Below are positions 1-12,959 of a stretch of 64,000 nt of DNA, one piece after another. The notes below the pieces were generated by a model that did no database searches, had not been told where the DNA came from, and worked only from the letters and a program-made list of their open reading frames with translations. The first letter of the stretch is position 1. Every line of letters starts with the position of its first letter. Origin of the DNA: Chloropicon primus (taxonomy: Eukaryota). The stretch lies in the NCBI GenBank assembly GCA_023205875.1, contig CP060764.1, forward strand, positions 248,001 through 312,000, in the 5' to 3' direction. Position numbers and translations under genes: made by a program.

Positions 1-298
1 GGCAGGGGCAGATCTGGGTGGAGGGCGACAACCGGAATCCATCCGCCACGGAAGACTGTGATTCGAAGTTCACCTCGGGCTTGGTGAGTCAACCTTCGTT
101 TTTTCCTCTGAGGCGACGCCAGCCAACTGACTCTCGTCTCGCGTCTCCTCTTTTGCCGTTCAGATCCCTTTCGGCCTGGTTCAGGGGCAGGTCACGAGGG
201 TCGTGTGGCCCCCGAGTCGAATGGACAGGGTGCGGGACAAGATCGACTTGACGAGGTCCTTCCCCGTGGGCCACGGGCACAGGGACGACCACGCATGA
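1..298 (+). CDS. IMP2: Mitochondrial inner membrane peptidase subunit (IMP2-like, peptidase S26), 3' part only
   Basis: Exons <1..83 and 164..298 (intron 84..163, GTGAGT...ACTGAC...TTCAG) give QGQIWVEGDNRNPSATEDCDSKFTSGL|IPFGLVQGQVTRVVWPPSRM..., matching the IMP WVEGDN...DS...IPxGLVxGxVxxxVWPP C-terminal signature; TGTAA at ~425. Confidence 0.8.
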
Positions 299-471
299 CA
301 ACCATGCGTGACGATCACGCGTGACGAGAGCAGAGCAGAGCAGAGCAGAGAGCAGTGCCAGATCGATCGTCGCGTCGACGAGAATATACAATAGTCATTA
401 TTACCAACGTGTTTACGTTCCTTTTGTAACAGTATTTGTGCACAACAGGACAACGTGGGTTTGGGCGCCCT

Positions 472-1738
472 TCACTCCTCGTCCTCGTCCTCCGCAAAGG
501 CGGAGAAAACAGAGAGCTGAGGCCTCTGCACGGCGGAGAACTGCTTGAATTCCGGGTCCGCGATCTGAGGGTGCCGGAGAACCACGTAGGCGGCTAGGTT
601 GTAGGTCCTCTCGTCCGGCTCGGCGAACTGGGGGTAGTCCGGAGCGCTGAAGACGGTGACCAGCTTCCCTGATTTTCCCTCGTGGTCAACGGAATAACCC
701 CCGATAAGAGTTTTCATGTCCTCGCGGTACATGCGGGCGTCCGGCCCCTCGTGTGATCTGATAATCAGCTTGAGCTTGTTCTCCTTGAGGAACTGCTCGG
801 TTACGTCCGGGCCGAAGAGGAGCCCGATCCCCCTGTTCTCGTTAGGGGCGAGACCTTTGTCCGGCTGTGGATCGCTCCAAAGGACGTCCGTGGAGATGAG
901 TTGAGACGGCACGAAGTTGTCGGGGTCGAAGCCACCTTTGGACGCCGACCGCAGCTGGCCCATGTTCCCCACCTTCATCTTGTTCTTGTGCCAGTGCTTG
1001 CGCTTCTTCGCCTTGTGCCCCTTGCCCCCCTTGCTCGGCGCGGGGTCGCGGAAGAGGCCGCCGTGGGCGACATAGACCTGGTCCTCGATCACGGCACAGA
1101 GGGGAAGGTTCGCGAACACGCCCTCGCACAACTTGTACACCCTCTCCCAGTTGGAATCCGGGTACTTGAGGCCAAGCTCCTTGTAGAACCCGTAAGCTTG
1201 CGTGCACGAGGAGGACTCGTGGTTCCCCCTCGTCAGGAACACGCTGTCTGGATAGCACAGCTGTTACGGAGAGCAGGAGCAGAGGTTGTGGTGAGTTAGC
1301 CGGGCAGGATGGGAGTCAGCCAGGGTCAAGGAACAACGAAGAAGAAGAAGAACCCTCTCTTACCTTCCAGCTCAGCAGCGTGCTCAGCACCTCCACGCCC
1401 CAGTAGCCTCTGTCCACGAAGTCCCCGTTGAAAAGGAAGAGGTTCTTCTCCGACGGCCGTCCAGCGCTCCCGAGGAGGGTGAGAACGTCGTGGAACTGCC
1501 CGTGCGTGTCCCCCACGATGTTGATCTTCCCGTCCTTGGGAACCTCGATGTCCACCACCGTGGGCTCCTTCCTCAGCAGAGCCTGACAGTCCTTGAGAAG
1601 TTTGGACAAGAGTCTGGTGGGGAAGACGTCCTCGAGGGAGCACTCCTGCCGCCAAGTCGCCTTCTCCAGCACCTCCATCATCGCCTCCACCCACTCGGGC
1701 GTCACCTCATCCCCGTAGCTCTTGATCGTCAAGGTCAT
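472..1738 (-). CDS. PP7: Ser/Thr protein phosphatase, PPP family, PP7-type
   Basis: join(1364..1738,472..1260), intron 1261..1363 GT-AG in frame; GDTHGQ, GDFVDRG, RGNHE, HGG, RSHEGPDAR and SAPDYPQF motifs plus a basic insertion typical of plant PP7. Confidence 0.9.
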
Positions 1739-2416
1739 GGCGCCACCAGCTGCGCACAGTGCTTGGGGAGCAACGAGCGTGCGTTAGTCACAACATCCTT
1801 ACTTGTCGTCCATTTCTTTCAACCAAGGGCTCTTTCGAAAGAGGTTGAAACGATTGTGAAACGTGCGGACTCTCCCGACGCTTCTCCCGTCCTCAAACTC
1901 ACCTCCCTCGTCCCCGCTCCGCTCTCTCTCTCCACCGCCGAGCAGCTGCTCTCCGATTGATTTTAAAGAAAAGACAGACGTTTTGGTGGGAGCTGCTGGG
2001 AAGAGGAGCAAGGATGAGGATTCATCACCAGGCTTCCCTTGAGAGGAACCGAGGCAAGGGATGGAGTGTGGGGGGGGGGGGGAGAGAGGGATCGAATCAC
2101 TTGCTTGCTCCTTTGCTTGATCTTGAATGGCAATGCCTGGTCCCCCAAGTGTTGTAAGGTGGGGACGCAAGAGAAGCAACGGAGGAGAGACTTCATGATG
2201 CACGAATATGCCTCTGGAGGAGGAGGAACCAATGGACGGAGGGGAGGGGTTCGGCACGGGGTAGGGGGACTCTGCAGAGACAGAACTAATGTACGAATAC
2301 GAAAATGTTTTGTTTTTTGTTTTTGTGTTAGGACTACTAGGGTAATCCAATCGCAGTAAAGTGTGCCTCCAGTAGTTACGAATTTCCCCCAAAGTGTCGA
2401 TCCAAGTGGTGGCTCC

Positions 2417-4291
2417 TCACAGGATAGGCGTTGCCTCTTCCAGCAGCCCTTCCTCGAGAGGCTCCAGCTCCTGCGTTCCTGAGGCGTCCAGACCCCCAGC
2501 AGCGCTCTTGTACTCCGAACCGTCTTTCTGTGGCCCGTTCCACAAGATTTGGAACTCCCCCCTGGCGAAAGCCATTGCGCTGATGAAGGCGTAAAGGGAG
2601 GGAAGGATGAACATCAGAGCGGGCTGTCCGTGGCCCTTCATGATGACGTAGGAGCAGAAAGTCCAGATCAAGCCAAGGACGTAGGCGATGACGGCGGTCA
2701 AGAAGTAAAGGTTCCCCTTGATGTACCTCTTGTGCTCGCTGAACTGGATCCTGCCGCCCGCAGTGTTGAGCTTGGCGCAGAAGACGAGCATGAGCCCGGG
2801 AATGAGAACGTCTCCGAGGCCTACGACGGACGACCTGGCGCAGCTCCAGTCGTCACACGGCCTCGGCAGCTCCAGGAGGAAGGGCAGGGACTTGAAAATG
2901 TTTGTGGTCCTCTGCAGCGGCAGGACGACCCCGATGTCAAGGCAAGTATCCGTGTTCGACTCTCCAGTCGCCACCTGGACCATCACGCTGCTGCCGAAGA
3001 TGGCAGGGGTAATGAACGTCCAAAAGACGTCATAAGCGATGCCAACGCTGTACACGATCGCCATAACCCTCATGTTCGGCACCATCAGCTGGTGGAGGAC
3101 CGAGATGCAGATGCACGCGCTGAAGATGTCGTGCATGACGACGTTCCACGTCTCCGCTCTGTACGCGAACCAGGAGATTCCGATAATCAAGCAGAATCCC
3201 GAGAAGACCCACGACATCACCCTGAACTCCTCTTCCCTGAGGAGCGTGTAAGTGACCTTCCTGTCAAACAGGTGCGGGTTGTGCGAGTAGACGATCGACT
3301 GCAAGACCTTGGACAGGGACAAGCTGCCTCCCACGGAGAACATGAAGATGATGAACCCGATGAAGTAAGCCCTGAAGAAGAAGACGACCATGAGGATGGT
3401 CGACATGGTCAGAAACATGCCGAGGTACATCTTCACGTTGCTTCCACCCGAACTGGATCCCATCATCCCAGCCGCACCTCCCCCGCTCGCGCTCCCACTG
3501 CTGGAATGGCCGCTGTCCACGATTCCGGAGCGGCCCGCTCCCCCGTTGTCGAGCAAGTCCTTCGCCTTATAACCGTGCTTGAAGGACAAGAACATGGCGT
3601 ACCCATAGATGAACAGGGTTGTGAGGCCAAACTCCTTGTCCCCACCTTGCGGTGGCTCCGGCATGCTCCACACCGACGCGATGACGATCACGACGACGAC
3701 GATGAAGGAGAGCAGAAAGGTGCTCGACGTGATCAACGGAATCGGTGGGTTGTACAGAGACGTGTCCACCGTGCTTGTTTTCATCTTGTTCAAGATGTCC
3801 TTGGGCAACGCCGTCGACACTATCTCAATATCGACCAGCTTTGAGAACTTCTCAAAGTCCTTGTCCTGTCCGAACTTTTGGCAGATCTTCTCGTTGTCCG
3901 GGCAAGTCACGATCATTCCGACGCCTCCCATGTCCTCGATCCGCTTGGCTTTCTGGAAGTACCCCTCCAAGGTTGGAGTCTTATGGAGGAACGAGTGACC
4001 GCAAGGCATCGAGTCAACGACGACGTACCGTCCTCCGAACTCCGGGGCCGTCTGATTCCCGCACACGAGGTCATTGCTCCCATACGTCGCTCCAACGAAG
4101 CTCTCTTCCCGCTGGACTTCCCTCGACCACACGGGAGCTCGAGCAGAAAAGCGTTGAGCCTCTTCATCACCCTTACCCCTCACCGAGACTATGGCGCATG
4201 GGTTGTCCGCGTACGAACCCAGCGTGCCGGCGATGAGGCAAGCCAGCAGGGTGCACAGCAAGGACACCTTCGTCATCGTCGTCTTGGTCAT
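2417..4291 (-). CDS. Signal peptide peptidase-like aspartyl protease (SPPL2-type, A22B) with luminal PA-like domain
   Basis: 624 aa ORF with signal peptide, multiple TM segments, YD (AYDVFW), GLGD and QPALM motifs. Confidence 0.92.
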   Translation of the reverse strand: MTKTTMTKVSLLCTLLACLIAGTLGSYADNPCAIVSVRGKGDEEAQRFSARAPVWSREVQREESFVGATYGSNDLVCGNQTAPEFGGRYVVVDSMPCGHSFLHKTPTLEGYFQKAKRIEDMGGVGMIVTCPDNEKICQKFGQDKDFEKFSKLVDIEIVSTALPKDILNKMKTSTVDTSLYNPPIPLITSSTFLLSFIVVVVIVIASVWSMPEPPQGGDKEFGLTTLFIYGYAMFLSFKHGYKAKDLLDNGGAGRSGIVDSGHSSSGSASGGGAAGMMGSSSGGSNVKMYLGMFLTMSTILMVVFFFRAYFIGFIIFMFSVGGSLSLSKVLQSIVYSHNPHLFDRKVTYTLLREEEFRVMSWVFSGFCLIIGISWFAYRAETWNVVMHDIFSACICISVLHQLMVPNMRVMAIVYSVGIAYDVFWTFITPAIFGSSVMVQVATGESNTDTCLDIGVVLPLQRTTNIFKSLPFLLELPRPCDDWSCARSSVVGLGDVLIPGLMLVFCAKLNTAGGRIQFSEHKRYIKGNLYFLTAVIAYVLGLIWTFCSYVIMKGHGQPALMFILPSLYAFISAMAFARGEFQILWNGPQKDGSEYKSAAGGLDASGTQELEPLEEGLLEEATPIL

Positions 4292-5045
4292 CTCTCTTCG
4301 TCGACGTCGTCAGACCGTTATTCCTCTCCCCCCTCCGAAGAACTTGCTTTCCAAGAACTAGTTGGAGGAGACCTCCTTTGTCACCTTGGTGCCAAACGAA
4401 CGCTAGGGCAAACCCAAAGCCAAAGTCGTCGTGCAGGACCCTTTACCAAGTCAAGGAGCTCGCCTGATCCATAGATGGTAACACAGCGCCGTGGCAAGAC
4501 GGTACCTTTCCTTGTTCCAACCAAACCGTGAGGACGTGGACAAAACCTCGTTCTCGTTCTTGTCTATCTACCCAAAAGTTCCTGTAGCGATGTGCTACGT
4601 TGTTGTAGCGTTGCGTGATGATGTGAACAAGGGTGAGGATTGAGGAAGTCAGGACCACAACAAGGACGATGCAAGATCAAGACCAAAGCCCAGAGCTCAG
4701 GTCGAGCGATGGAACCAAAGGTGTGTGTCGAGGAGGATATCGCGGAGCCACTCACCTTCCCTGCTCTGCAAAGGGAAGAGTCACTTGGTTTCTTCTTTGG
4801 GAGACCAAAAATCGTAATGCCATGAGAGACGTTCGACAACTCTCCTATCAAATACCGTCGAGACATAGGTTTTCGGTCTTGGGATCCCGTCCCAGAGCCT
4901 CAATTGTCTAACGTCAGTGAGGAAATTGAAGTTATCCTATTCCTTGCCCTAGGGGGATCCCCCTTGGCTCGAGATGCTTGGGCTTGGGGACGAAAGAGGA
5001 AGAGGAAGAGGAAGAGGAAGAGGTCTCGTAATCGGTGTAACTCCT

Positions 5046-5053
5046 CCCTCTCT

Positions 5054-5109
<56 letters not shown>

Positions 5110-5110
5110 C
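5046..5110. repeat. (CT)n microsatellite, one of many (GA/CT, CA, GAT, GAC, CTT) tracts in intergenic DNA and introns
   Basis: Directly visible dinucleotide run. Confidence 0.95.
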
Positions 5111-5841
5111 CCTCGGTCTCATTCTCATTCTCGCTCTCGCGGTGGGGTTGCAGACTTGTGGAGTGGTGGTGCTTGTCCAGGTGGGTCGTCGTTGTGGAGG
5201 GCAAGCGGTGTTGAACAAGCGGAAGGGCGTCTCACGGGCTTTCGATTGATACCTCAACTGAAGGTTTTGGCAAGAAGGAGTGGTCCAACCTTTGAGAGGA
5301 CAGTGGACTGGCTGACAGAGGATTGCACAAGTTTGTTTGTGAGTTCAGTTGGGGAAGAGGAAGAGGAGGGAACTCAACGAGCAGTGAAGTATTGTGTGCA
5401 GTGCTGGATTAGATGATGAGGCGTCCCACGAGACAGAGCCCCAGGATACGCAACAGAGAGACGACTGGTGGTGGTGATGGTGGTGGGTGGACCATCCACA
5501 AGCAACAATAGCAGCAAGGTGAAGGAAAAGCTTGTAAGGGACGCCACGAAGAGTCTCAGGGGAAGAGACGATGGTGTTGCGGGGATGGATCCAAGGGGTT
5601 CCGAGACTGCGTCCCCCTCTCCACTAAAACATCGCGTTTGGCTCTCCAAGATCGCGATCTTGGGTGCGAAGAGAAGCGCAGGGACTCTTGGAGTGGAGGG
5701 GGGCACTCGGCAAACGCATGAATTGCGACAGGGCCCTAAAGAACAGAAAGGGTGAATCGCAAAATAAATCGTAATTTACATCATCTCTCTAACATATATG
5801 TAGGTTTCTCAACTTCTTCTTCCCCAAAAAACTTTTCCTTC

Positions 5842-7333
5842 TCAGGTGCGCCGGGACGTGACGCTGCTGGCCAAGTAACGGAGGGCGTCGCGGCACACCT
5901 CAGAGTACTTGCTCTCCGCCGTTGGAAACATGTCCACGGCTTTGATGGCTTTCATCGCGTGGCTCTCCGCCACGGCCATCGTCTTCTTGACGCCGGACGT
6001 CTTCGCGACCAGCCTCGACGCCATCTCAACGTCGCCCTCGTACCTGAACTTCCTCAGCGTCAGGTCGACGAGCTGGGGCTCCTCGAGGCTCGCAAAGAGG
6101 ACGGGAGCCGTGGCTATTCCGCTCTTCAAGTCGGAGAACGTCGGCTTTCCCAGGGAGCTGCTGGATCCGACGAAATCCAGGACGTCGTCCACGAGCTGGA
6201 AGGCCATGCCCAAGTGGTACCCGTAGTCCGACGCGAGCTGAGCCACCTCCTCCTCGTGGTTGCCCAGCAGGGCCGCAGACTTGCAAGAGTTTGCTATCAG
6301 CGAGGCCGTCTTCAGGAACGTTTTCCTGTAGTAGTAGTCCAGGCTCATGCGCTCCTCCTGGCTGCTCCTCGACTGCATCATCTCCCCCGAGACCAGGTTC
6401 TCGATCACCGTCGCCATCAGGATGAGAACCTCCGTGTTCCTCAGAGCGGCAAGGGCCACGGACGCCTTTGCGAGGAGGAAGTCGCCCGCCAAGATCGCGG
6501 TCTTGTTGCCGAACATCTTGTTCACGGAGTTCAGCCCCCTCCTCGTCTCCGCGTCATCCAGGACGTCGTCGTGGAGAAGGGTCGCCACGTGGATCATCTC
6601 GGTGATCTCCGCAATCCTTTGCTGCTTGCGCCTCACTTCCTCCGGGTACTCGCTGTAAGGCCTCAAGTCGGGCTTGAGGAGCTCCCTGCACTTGTCAGGA
6701 TCACCCATCTCCCCGGCCGACAAAGCCGACGACACCAGGAGCAAGGCCGACGACCTCACCCTCTTCCCTTCCACCCCCGGCTGAAAAAAATGCTCGGCGC
6801 TCCTGGTGAGGCTCGGAACTTCCGCCTGCACGATGTGCCTGATGCGCTCCGATATACAGCTCTTCTCGTCCCCTATCAAGGTCTCTATGTCCACGTAAGG
6901 CACTTGGCCACTCGTGACTTGCTCCTGTTCAGATATGACAGGCAGAGAAATCAATGTAATGTATGGGTGGGTGGGTGGGTGTCAGAAGACATAAACATGA
7001 AGCCTTGCTTGCTTGATCCACGGAGCTTCCCAGGCAAAGGAAGCACCAGGGGAAGGACCGGGACGAGCTCTAAGCCCGTGGTATCTACTCTCTTACCTCG
7101 AGTGCGCTCGCACTGCCCAACTTTCGATGTGTTAGCGCCTGCCCCTTGCAGCTCCACGACGGCAGGAGGTTGAAACTTTCAGAACTCGCCGCCCTCGCGA
7201 TAATGCTTCCGCTGGTACCCTCCATCATCGACGATAGCGACGACAGGTTGCACGACCCCGCCGCCTCCGCCGGGCTCTGCCTCGCCGCGAGCGTCCGAAG
7301 GACGGGAAGGACTAGACCTCTCCCTCGCTGCAT
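5842..7333 (-). CDS. Trans-long-chain polyprenyl diphosphate synthase (GPS1/SPS3/COQ1-like)
   Basis: join(7097..7333,5842..6924); exon 1 resembles an organelle targeting peptide; GKRVR, LLHDDVLD...RRG, KTASL and FQLVDDVLD motifs. Confidence 0.92.
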
Positions 7334-7900
7334 CGCTCGGCTCGCTGCTTCTGCGTTCGTTCGACGGAGCGAGAGAGACCGAGAACGAAAAAAACGAAAA
7401 CGAAAACGAAAACGAAAAGGGAAGAGGACGATGCTTCCGTCTTCTGGACGTTGGACCTCCTTGTGATTCCCCTAGTCCTCGCCTCGCTCTCCCTGCGCCT
7501 CGAGCCACCTGCACCGCCACCGTGCGCAGCCAAAGCTCAAAGTGATCTTCAGCCAAGGCCAGGAATTCCTCTTCTGACGATTGCTCTGATGAGGAGAGGA
7601 GGGGAGGGGACTGGAGGAGGAGGATGGGGAGAAGGAGGGAGGAGGGAGGACGGGGTTGATGACACCAAAGCGGGATTACTCGCTCTCTTGCTCTCCTGCT
7701 CCTCCTGCTCTTTCCAAAGAGCCCTCGAATGGAATGAGATTGAGGGGAGGAGGGAGGAGGAGGGAGGGGAGGGCCCTGGAGGGGAACGCCTGGTGTCCCT
7801 CCCAAGCCCTTCGCTCTTTGTGACAGGAGGGGAAGGGGGAGGAAGCCTCGAGCGCCAAAAAAAAAAAACAAAAAAACAGTCTTTCTTTCTCTCTCTGATG

Positions 7901-8637
7901 TTACATGATTGATATTTGGTAGTGATACTGTGGCATCGGCACGGCGCTGTAAGTGTTCATCTGAGCCTCGTACAGCTTGCTAACCAGCCTGTAGATGATA
8001 GCGCCTCTCTTGTCGACCTCCGCTGTGAGCTTGTGACTCTGTCGTCGTTCGCCGGTGCGTGGAAAGCAGGAAAGGAGGTCAGGAAAGGAGGTCACACCGG
8101 GCAACAGGAGGAGGAAAACACGACGCGTACCTTGGCGTAGGATTGGACCAGCGAGCACAACAGCACGAAGTTGACCACGCCCAGGGACAAAACCGTCTTG
8201 GAAGAGATGGCGGACCAGAGCAGCGGGGAGGGAGGCCGCCTCTCGGACTCGCCGCCCAAGTCGTCAAAGCCGTAAAGCACCGCACTCAACGCGGACTCCA
8301 TGCGAGACCTGAAGGGCTCGAAGAGCCTGTAATCTTGGTCGCCCTCGACAACTCGAGTCGCCTGGCTCTCCGCCTCGCCGCCCTCGCCGCCCTCGCTGCC
8401 CTCGCCCCGGGCCTCGTGGGCCTTGCTCAGCACGGTGGAGCCCAGCGCCTCCTCGGAGCGCTCGATAATGTCCTCGCAGCTCAGCCTCGCTTTTTCCTCC
8501 GCACTGGCCCCTCGGGCCTTCCTCCAGAACGACTCCACGAGCTCGCTTGCGCTCATGGAAGCAGCCTTCTTCGCCCGGCCACCGTCTTGGCTCCCGTCCT
8601 CGAGGAGCTCCCACTCCCTGTCCTCGTCGCTGCTCAT
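7901..8637 (-). CDS. Hypothetical protein with one hydrophobic segment
   Basis: join(8131..8637,7901..8038), in-frame GT-AG intron 8039..8130; coding-like codon usage; no family recognised. Confidence 0.55.
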
Positions 8638-9522
8638 CGCTGCCGCTGCAAGAAAGAGGAACGGAAGAACGACGCTTCTGCCTCGAGGCCGGACAGACGG
8701 ACAGCAACCCAGCCGTTACGAACCAGCCACCCAACGAACGAACCAACTCGAAGAGAACCAGAACCGACCTGAAGAGAATTACATTACGGAGAGAGAGAGA
8801 GAGAGAGAAAGCACGGCACGATTTTGGTCAGAGGAGTCGTCCCATCTTCCCCAGGGAGCCAAAATGGTCGAGTTTTGGGTCGTTGGAAAGAACACGAGAT
8901 GAAGATTCGTTTGCTTTCGACCTCATTTGCCTCCGTTCCCAACCTCAAGGCTCATTCTCGTGCCCAAAATCCCCTTTTGCCTCACCTCAAAGGCGCGCTC
9001 CTGTGTTATCCCTTTTGTGCGGTGTGAAATTCTTCCCGGATAAAGTTTGGAAATTTCCAACCCAAATCAGATTTGATAACGTCGTTCAAAACAAAAACAA
9101 ACATATTTCTATACACGACCTTCTTATATTCTACCACTAACATTACCTAAACACAGTAATTACTTTTTATATGTAATGTCAATCATGGAAATGTGTATTG
9201 CGTTTAAACGCAATATTTATATTTATGATTGAGTGACGTTTCTTTCTCTAGAGACTCGAGGAGGAGGAGGAGGAAGATCTTGCCGTAGGGAGCACAGTCG
9301 ACGGAGGTCAGCGCGCGTCGGTCAGTCGTCGGTCTTCTTCCCTTCGCAAGCGGAAGGCGGAAGGACCAGGAGGCGGAAGAGAAGAGGTCTACGCTAAGAG
9401 TCGGCTACGCTCCCGGCCTCTCCCCTTTATTCTCGCTTTCTTTCCCAAACGCACGGCTTTTCGTAACGCCTGGGGGACAGGGACAACACCACGTGACCGT
9501 GTCCGTGTGACGTTCGTGGGGG

Positions 9523-10623
9523 ATGGAGGCGAGGGGGTTGAGGTCCGTGGCGTCCACGAGTGGTGCAATGACTGATACGAGGTGTTGCCATCGTCGTGCC
9601 TTGTTCCGCTGCCGCGGCTTCGGGTTGAACGCCAGGGCGACGGTTTTCACGACGACGTCCTCTTCATCTTCATCACCTTCGTCGTCGTCGTCGTCGTCGT
9701 CCAACGAGGTGCTGGAGCAGATCCTTTCGACGATCCGCGCGGCGGAGGCCATGAACGAGGATCCGGACTTCTTCGCTCTCCTTGGGATCGAGAACGACGA
9801 GGAGCTGAGGAGCTTGAGCACGCAGACGATCAAGAAGTCGTACAGGGAGAGGGCGAGGAGGTGCCACCCGGACATTGCTGGGGAGGACGGGCACTACGCT
9901 TGCGTGGTTCTGAACGAGGCGTACGCGACGCTGATGGACGACGAGCTGAGGGAGGCGTACATGGAGGACCGGGCGCTGACGAGGGGGCTTGGGGTGTGGG
10001 ACGAGGACGAGTTCGCGTACTACGAGGACGGGAACGTCTTCGCGGAGGCCATGAGGGAGGAGGCCTACACCGGGGAGCCCCTGAGCAAAATCGTGGCCCT
10101 GGACCACTTCGCGAACAGGGTGGACAAGGAGGACCCGAGGAGGAGGGAGGAGCAGCTGAACAAGGCCGTCTTCGTGGACGAGATCTCTTGCATCGGGTGC
10201 CAGTACTGCGTGACTTGCTCCCCCGCCACCTTCAGGAACGTGGAGCCCCACGGCAGGGCGAGGGTGTTCGGCCAGTGGCTGAGCACGGAGGACGAGATCC
10301 AGGAAGCGATCGACATGTGCCCGGTGGACTGCATCCACTGGGTCCCCAAGGAGCAGCTCGCTCCCATGGAGTACGTGATCCAGCACGTGCTGACGGACAG
10401 GGTGGGGGTGGCCTCGTTGATGTCCGGCCAGGGGAGCCACAGGATGGCCGACCCCTTTCAGAAGACCCAGGAGTTCCTGAAGTTCCTCTCCCAGAGGGAG
10501 GAGAGGAGGGAGAGGTTCATCAACGACAGGAAGAGGAGGGCGAGGGCCAAGGAGCAGAAGGAGGAGATGAAAAAGGAGCGAGACGAGAGGAGGAGGAGGA
10601 ACAGACAAAAGTGGTGGGGGTAG
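9523..10623 (+). CDS. Plastid DnaJ-ferredoxin protein (J domain + 4Fe-4S domain; CDJ3/4/5, DJC76-like), copy 1
   Basis: Transit-peptide-like N-terminus, HPD motif, FVDEISCIGCQYCVTCSP and AIDMCPVDCIHWV. Confidence 0.92.
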   Translation: MEARGLRSVASTSGAMTDTRCCHRRALFRCRGFGLNARATVFTTTSSSSSSPSSSSSSSSNEVLEQILSTIRAAEAMNEDPDFFALLGIENDEELRSLSTQTIKKSYRERARRCHPDIAGEDGHYACVVLNEAYATLMDDELREAYMEDRALTRGLGVWDEDEFAYYEDGNVFAEAMREEAYTGEPLSKIVALDHFANRVDKEDPRRREEQLNKAVFVDEISCIGCQYCVTCSPATFRNVEPHGRARVFGQWLSTEDEIQEAIDMCPVDCIHWVPKEQLAPMEYVIQHVLTDRVGVASLMSGQGSHRMADPFQKTQEFLKFLSQREERRERFINDRKRRARAKEQKEEMKKERDERRRRNRQKWWG

Positions 10624-10737
10624 GGGCACGAGGTCGCGCGGGCGAGGGGGAACAATTTTGCAATGGAAGAGAAGAATGCTAGAATTTTACAATACACTTT
10701 TCAGTCGTATACAAAATAGATGTAGATGGTACAATTT

Positions 10738-12959
10738 TTAGATTTTTTGCTGTGTGTGCTCCTGCTCCACCGTGTGGATCAGAAAGGCGTTGTCCAGGCT
10801 GGCCTCAAGCAGCGGGCCGCGATACCCGCCCCTCCCGTGGTGGTTCGCCTCCGGGTCGGTGAGAAGCAGCAGCCGGTCGCGTTGGCCGCTATTCAGCCTC
10901 CCTATCTTTTCGACCCACTTGGCCACGGACCAGAAGGGGACCCTCGTGTCCTCCAGCGACGTCCTCACGAGCATGGCAGGATAGTCCTGAGAGGCTCGGA
11001 CGTTCGAGTACGGGCAGATCTTCGCCATCACCTCCAGGTCTGCGTCCGAGTTCGGATCACCGAACTCGCCGTACTCCCCGACCGTGTGCGGCAGGCTCGG
11101 GTCGGACATCACCGAAATCAAGTCCACAAAGGGCGCGTTCGCGATCACGCTCTTGAATTTGCAGGGGTAAGGGTTGTTAATGCAAAACCCCGCGACGAGC
11201 CCGCCGGCGCTGTGGACTTTGGCGGCAACCTTGTCGGGGCAGCAAAGCCCGTGGGTCACCAAGTGCAAGTACGCGTCCTGAAAATCTTCCACGGACTTCA
11301 TCTTTGCCCTTCCCTTCCCCATGTGGTACCACGGCCTCCCTTTCTCGCCCCCTCCTCTGGCGTGCACCAAGCAAGACGCCCAACCCCGCCTGAGCAAAGG
11401 ATGGACGGACGGATCGTACTCTGGCTCCAGGTTTATGCCGTAAGCGGCGTAGACCTGCATCAGCAGGGGGCTCTCCTTGCTCGGGGGACTGTCCTTGCTG
11501 TAAACCAGAGTCACCGGGATCCGAGTCCCGTCCCGTCCCGTCACGGAGAGGAGTTCAGCTTCGAAGGGGGACTCGAGGTCATGGCGGCCACCGTGGGTCG
11601 CTTCAAGGACCTGATTCGCCATGTCATAAGCGTAGTGCGTGCTGTCCATCAAGGGGCTGCTGAGAGAAAACTTCAAGACCTTGGCCCGAAAATCGTTGTT
11701 GACCGCACTCTGAAACGAGAAGGGGACGCCAGGAGGCTGGAGAGGCACGGTGTCCGGCACCCGGCCATTCTTCGAGGCATTCCGCTCCACGCCGTCCAGC
11801 GGAAGCACTCTCAGGGCAGGCTGTCCCGAGAGAGGTGCCCTGCCGTAGAGGCATAAATGCATTCGAAGACTTCCATGTCGGTGATGGAAAAGTCGTCCCC
11901 GGAAGCGGCCAGCGTCACCCAACTCTTCCTGTCAAAGCCTTCGTTCGCCCGTGCCGCAAAGACGTGAAAATCGGATCCAGGACGATCGTTCGACAAGATG
12001 AAGAACCAGCCTCCGTTGTGCTCCACGAAGTACTCCACGCCATCCTCTCTTCTTGGCGTCAGCAGCAGCTTGCCCGCCCCGCCGCCTTGGCCCCCCGTCA
12101 ACCCGACGAGGTGGACCTCCGAGGACGAGCGCCTCGACAAGGAGGTGATCGTGAGATACTGTTGGTCTTTTGTTAAAGCAATGTCCAAGTAAAACTCCCC
12201 GTCCGCTTCCTCGTGAATCAGGCAATCATCGAGCCCGGTTTTCAGGTCCCGCCTGAGGACTTGATGCGGTCGCCCCAGCGCGTTAGGCTTTGTGTAGTAG
12301 AGAAACCGGTCATCATGCCCGTGCCACTCCGCGGCCACGGCTCTTTCTATCACTGGGCTCGCCAAAATCTTGTTTCCATCGTGCAAGAAGACGGCGTACT
12401 CCTCCTTGGCTTGGCCCAGCTCAAGCAAGAAGGCGCACTTGCCAGATCCTGATGGCTTCACGGCGCCAAGCCCGACGTACCCGTGCAAATCAACCAGATC
12501 CTGCAGATCCAGAAGAACGAGCTCTTCCCCTTGGTCGCTCCCAGTCCTCCTCGACCTCCGGCATATCCTCGGCAAGTCGTCCTCCTCCTCGCCCTTGGAC
12601 TCGTAGTAAGAAAACCCACCGACTTCCTCAAAGTAACCCGGCTGCTGGCTCGTCCTCTGCCTCTCGCACACCTCCAGCTCCTCGAGTATCCTCCTCTGGA
12701 GCCCCTCCGTCGGCCTCAGAAACAAGCTTGCCTTGGCGTTCTCCCGCTCGGCGTGCGAGACCTGGTTGGAACGATCCCTCAGCCAACCCCTCAGAGGGTC
12801 TGCCCCGACGCTCTGCCGCACGGCATCCGCGATTCCCCCGACAGAACCCAGTGCGCGCCAGCATACCACCTGGCAGGGAGGTCTGGCAAGCACCAGCCGA
12901 GGGGACAAGAAAGGGAGGAGCCTCCTCCCTCCAGCCAGCCTACCCCACGATGATAGCAT
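10738..12959 (-). CDS. Prolyl oligopeptidase family S9A peptidase (oligopeptidase B/PREPL-like), frameshifted in this sequence
   Basis: Beta-propeller half in ORF 11811..13118 and catalytic half (VYAAYG, HARGGGEKGRPWY, HSAGG, EYGEFGDP, DTRV) in ORF 10738..11922; they join with one extra base near 11860. Confidence 0.85.

Noticed and set aside
4300..5760. Possible gene or lncRNA (splice-like sites near 4755, ORF 5468..5755)
   Set aside because: No consistent exon chain or recognisable protein; needs RNA-seq
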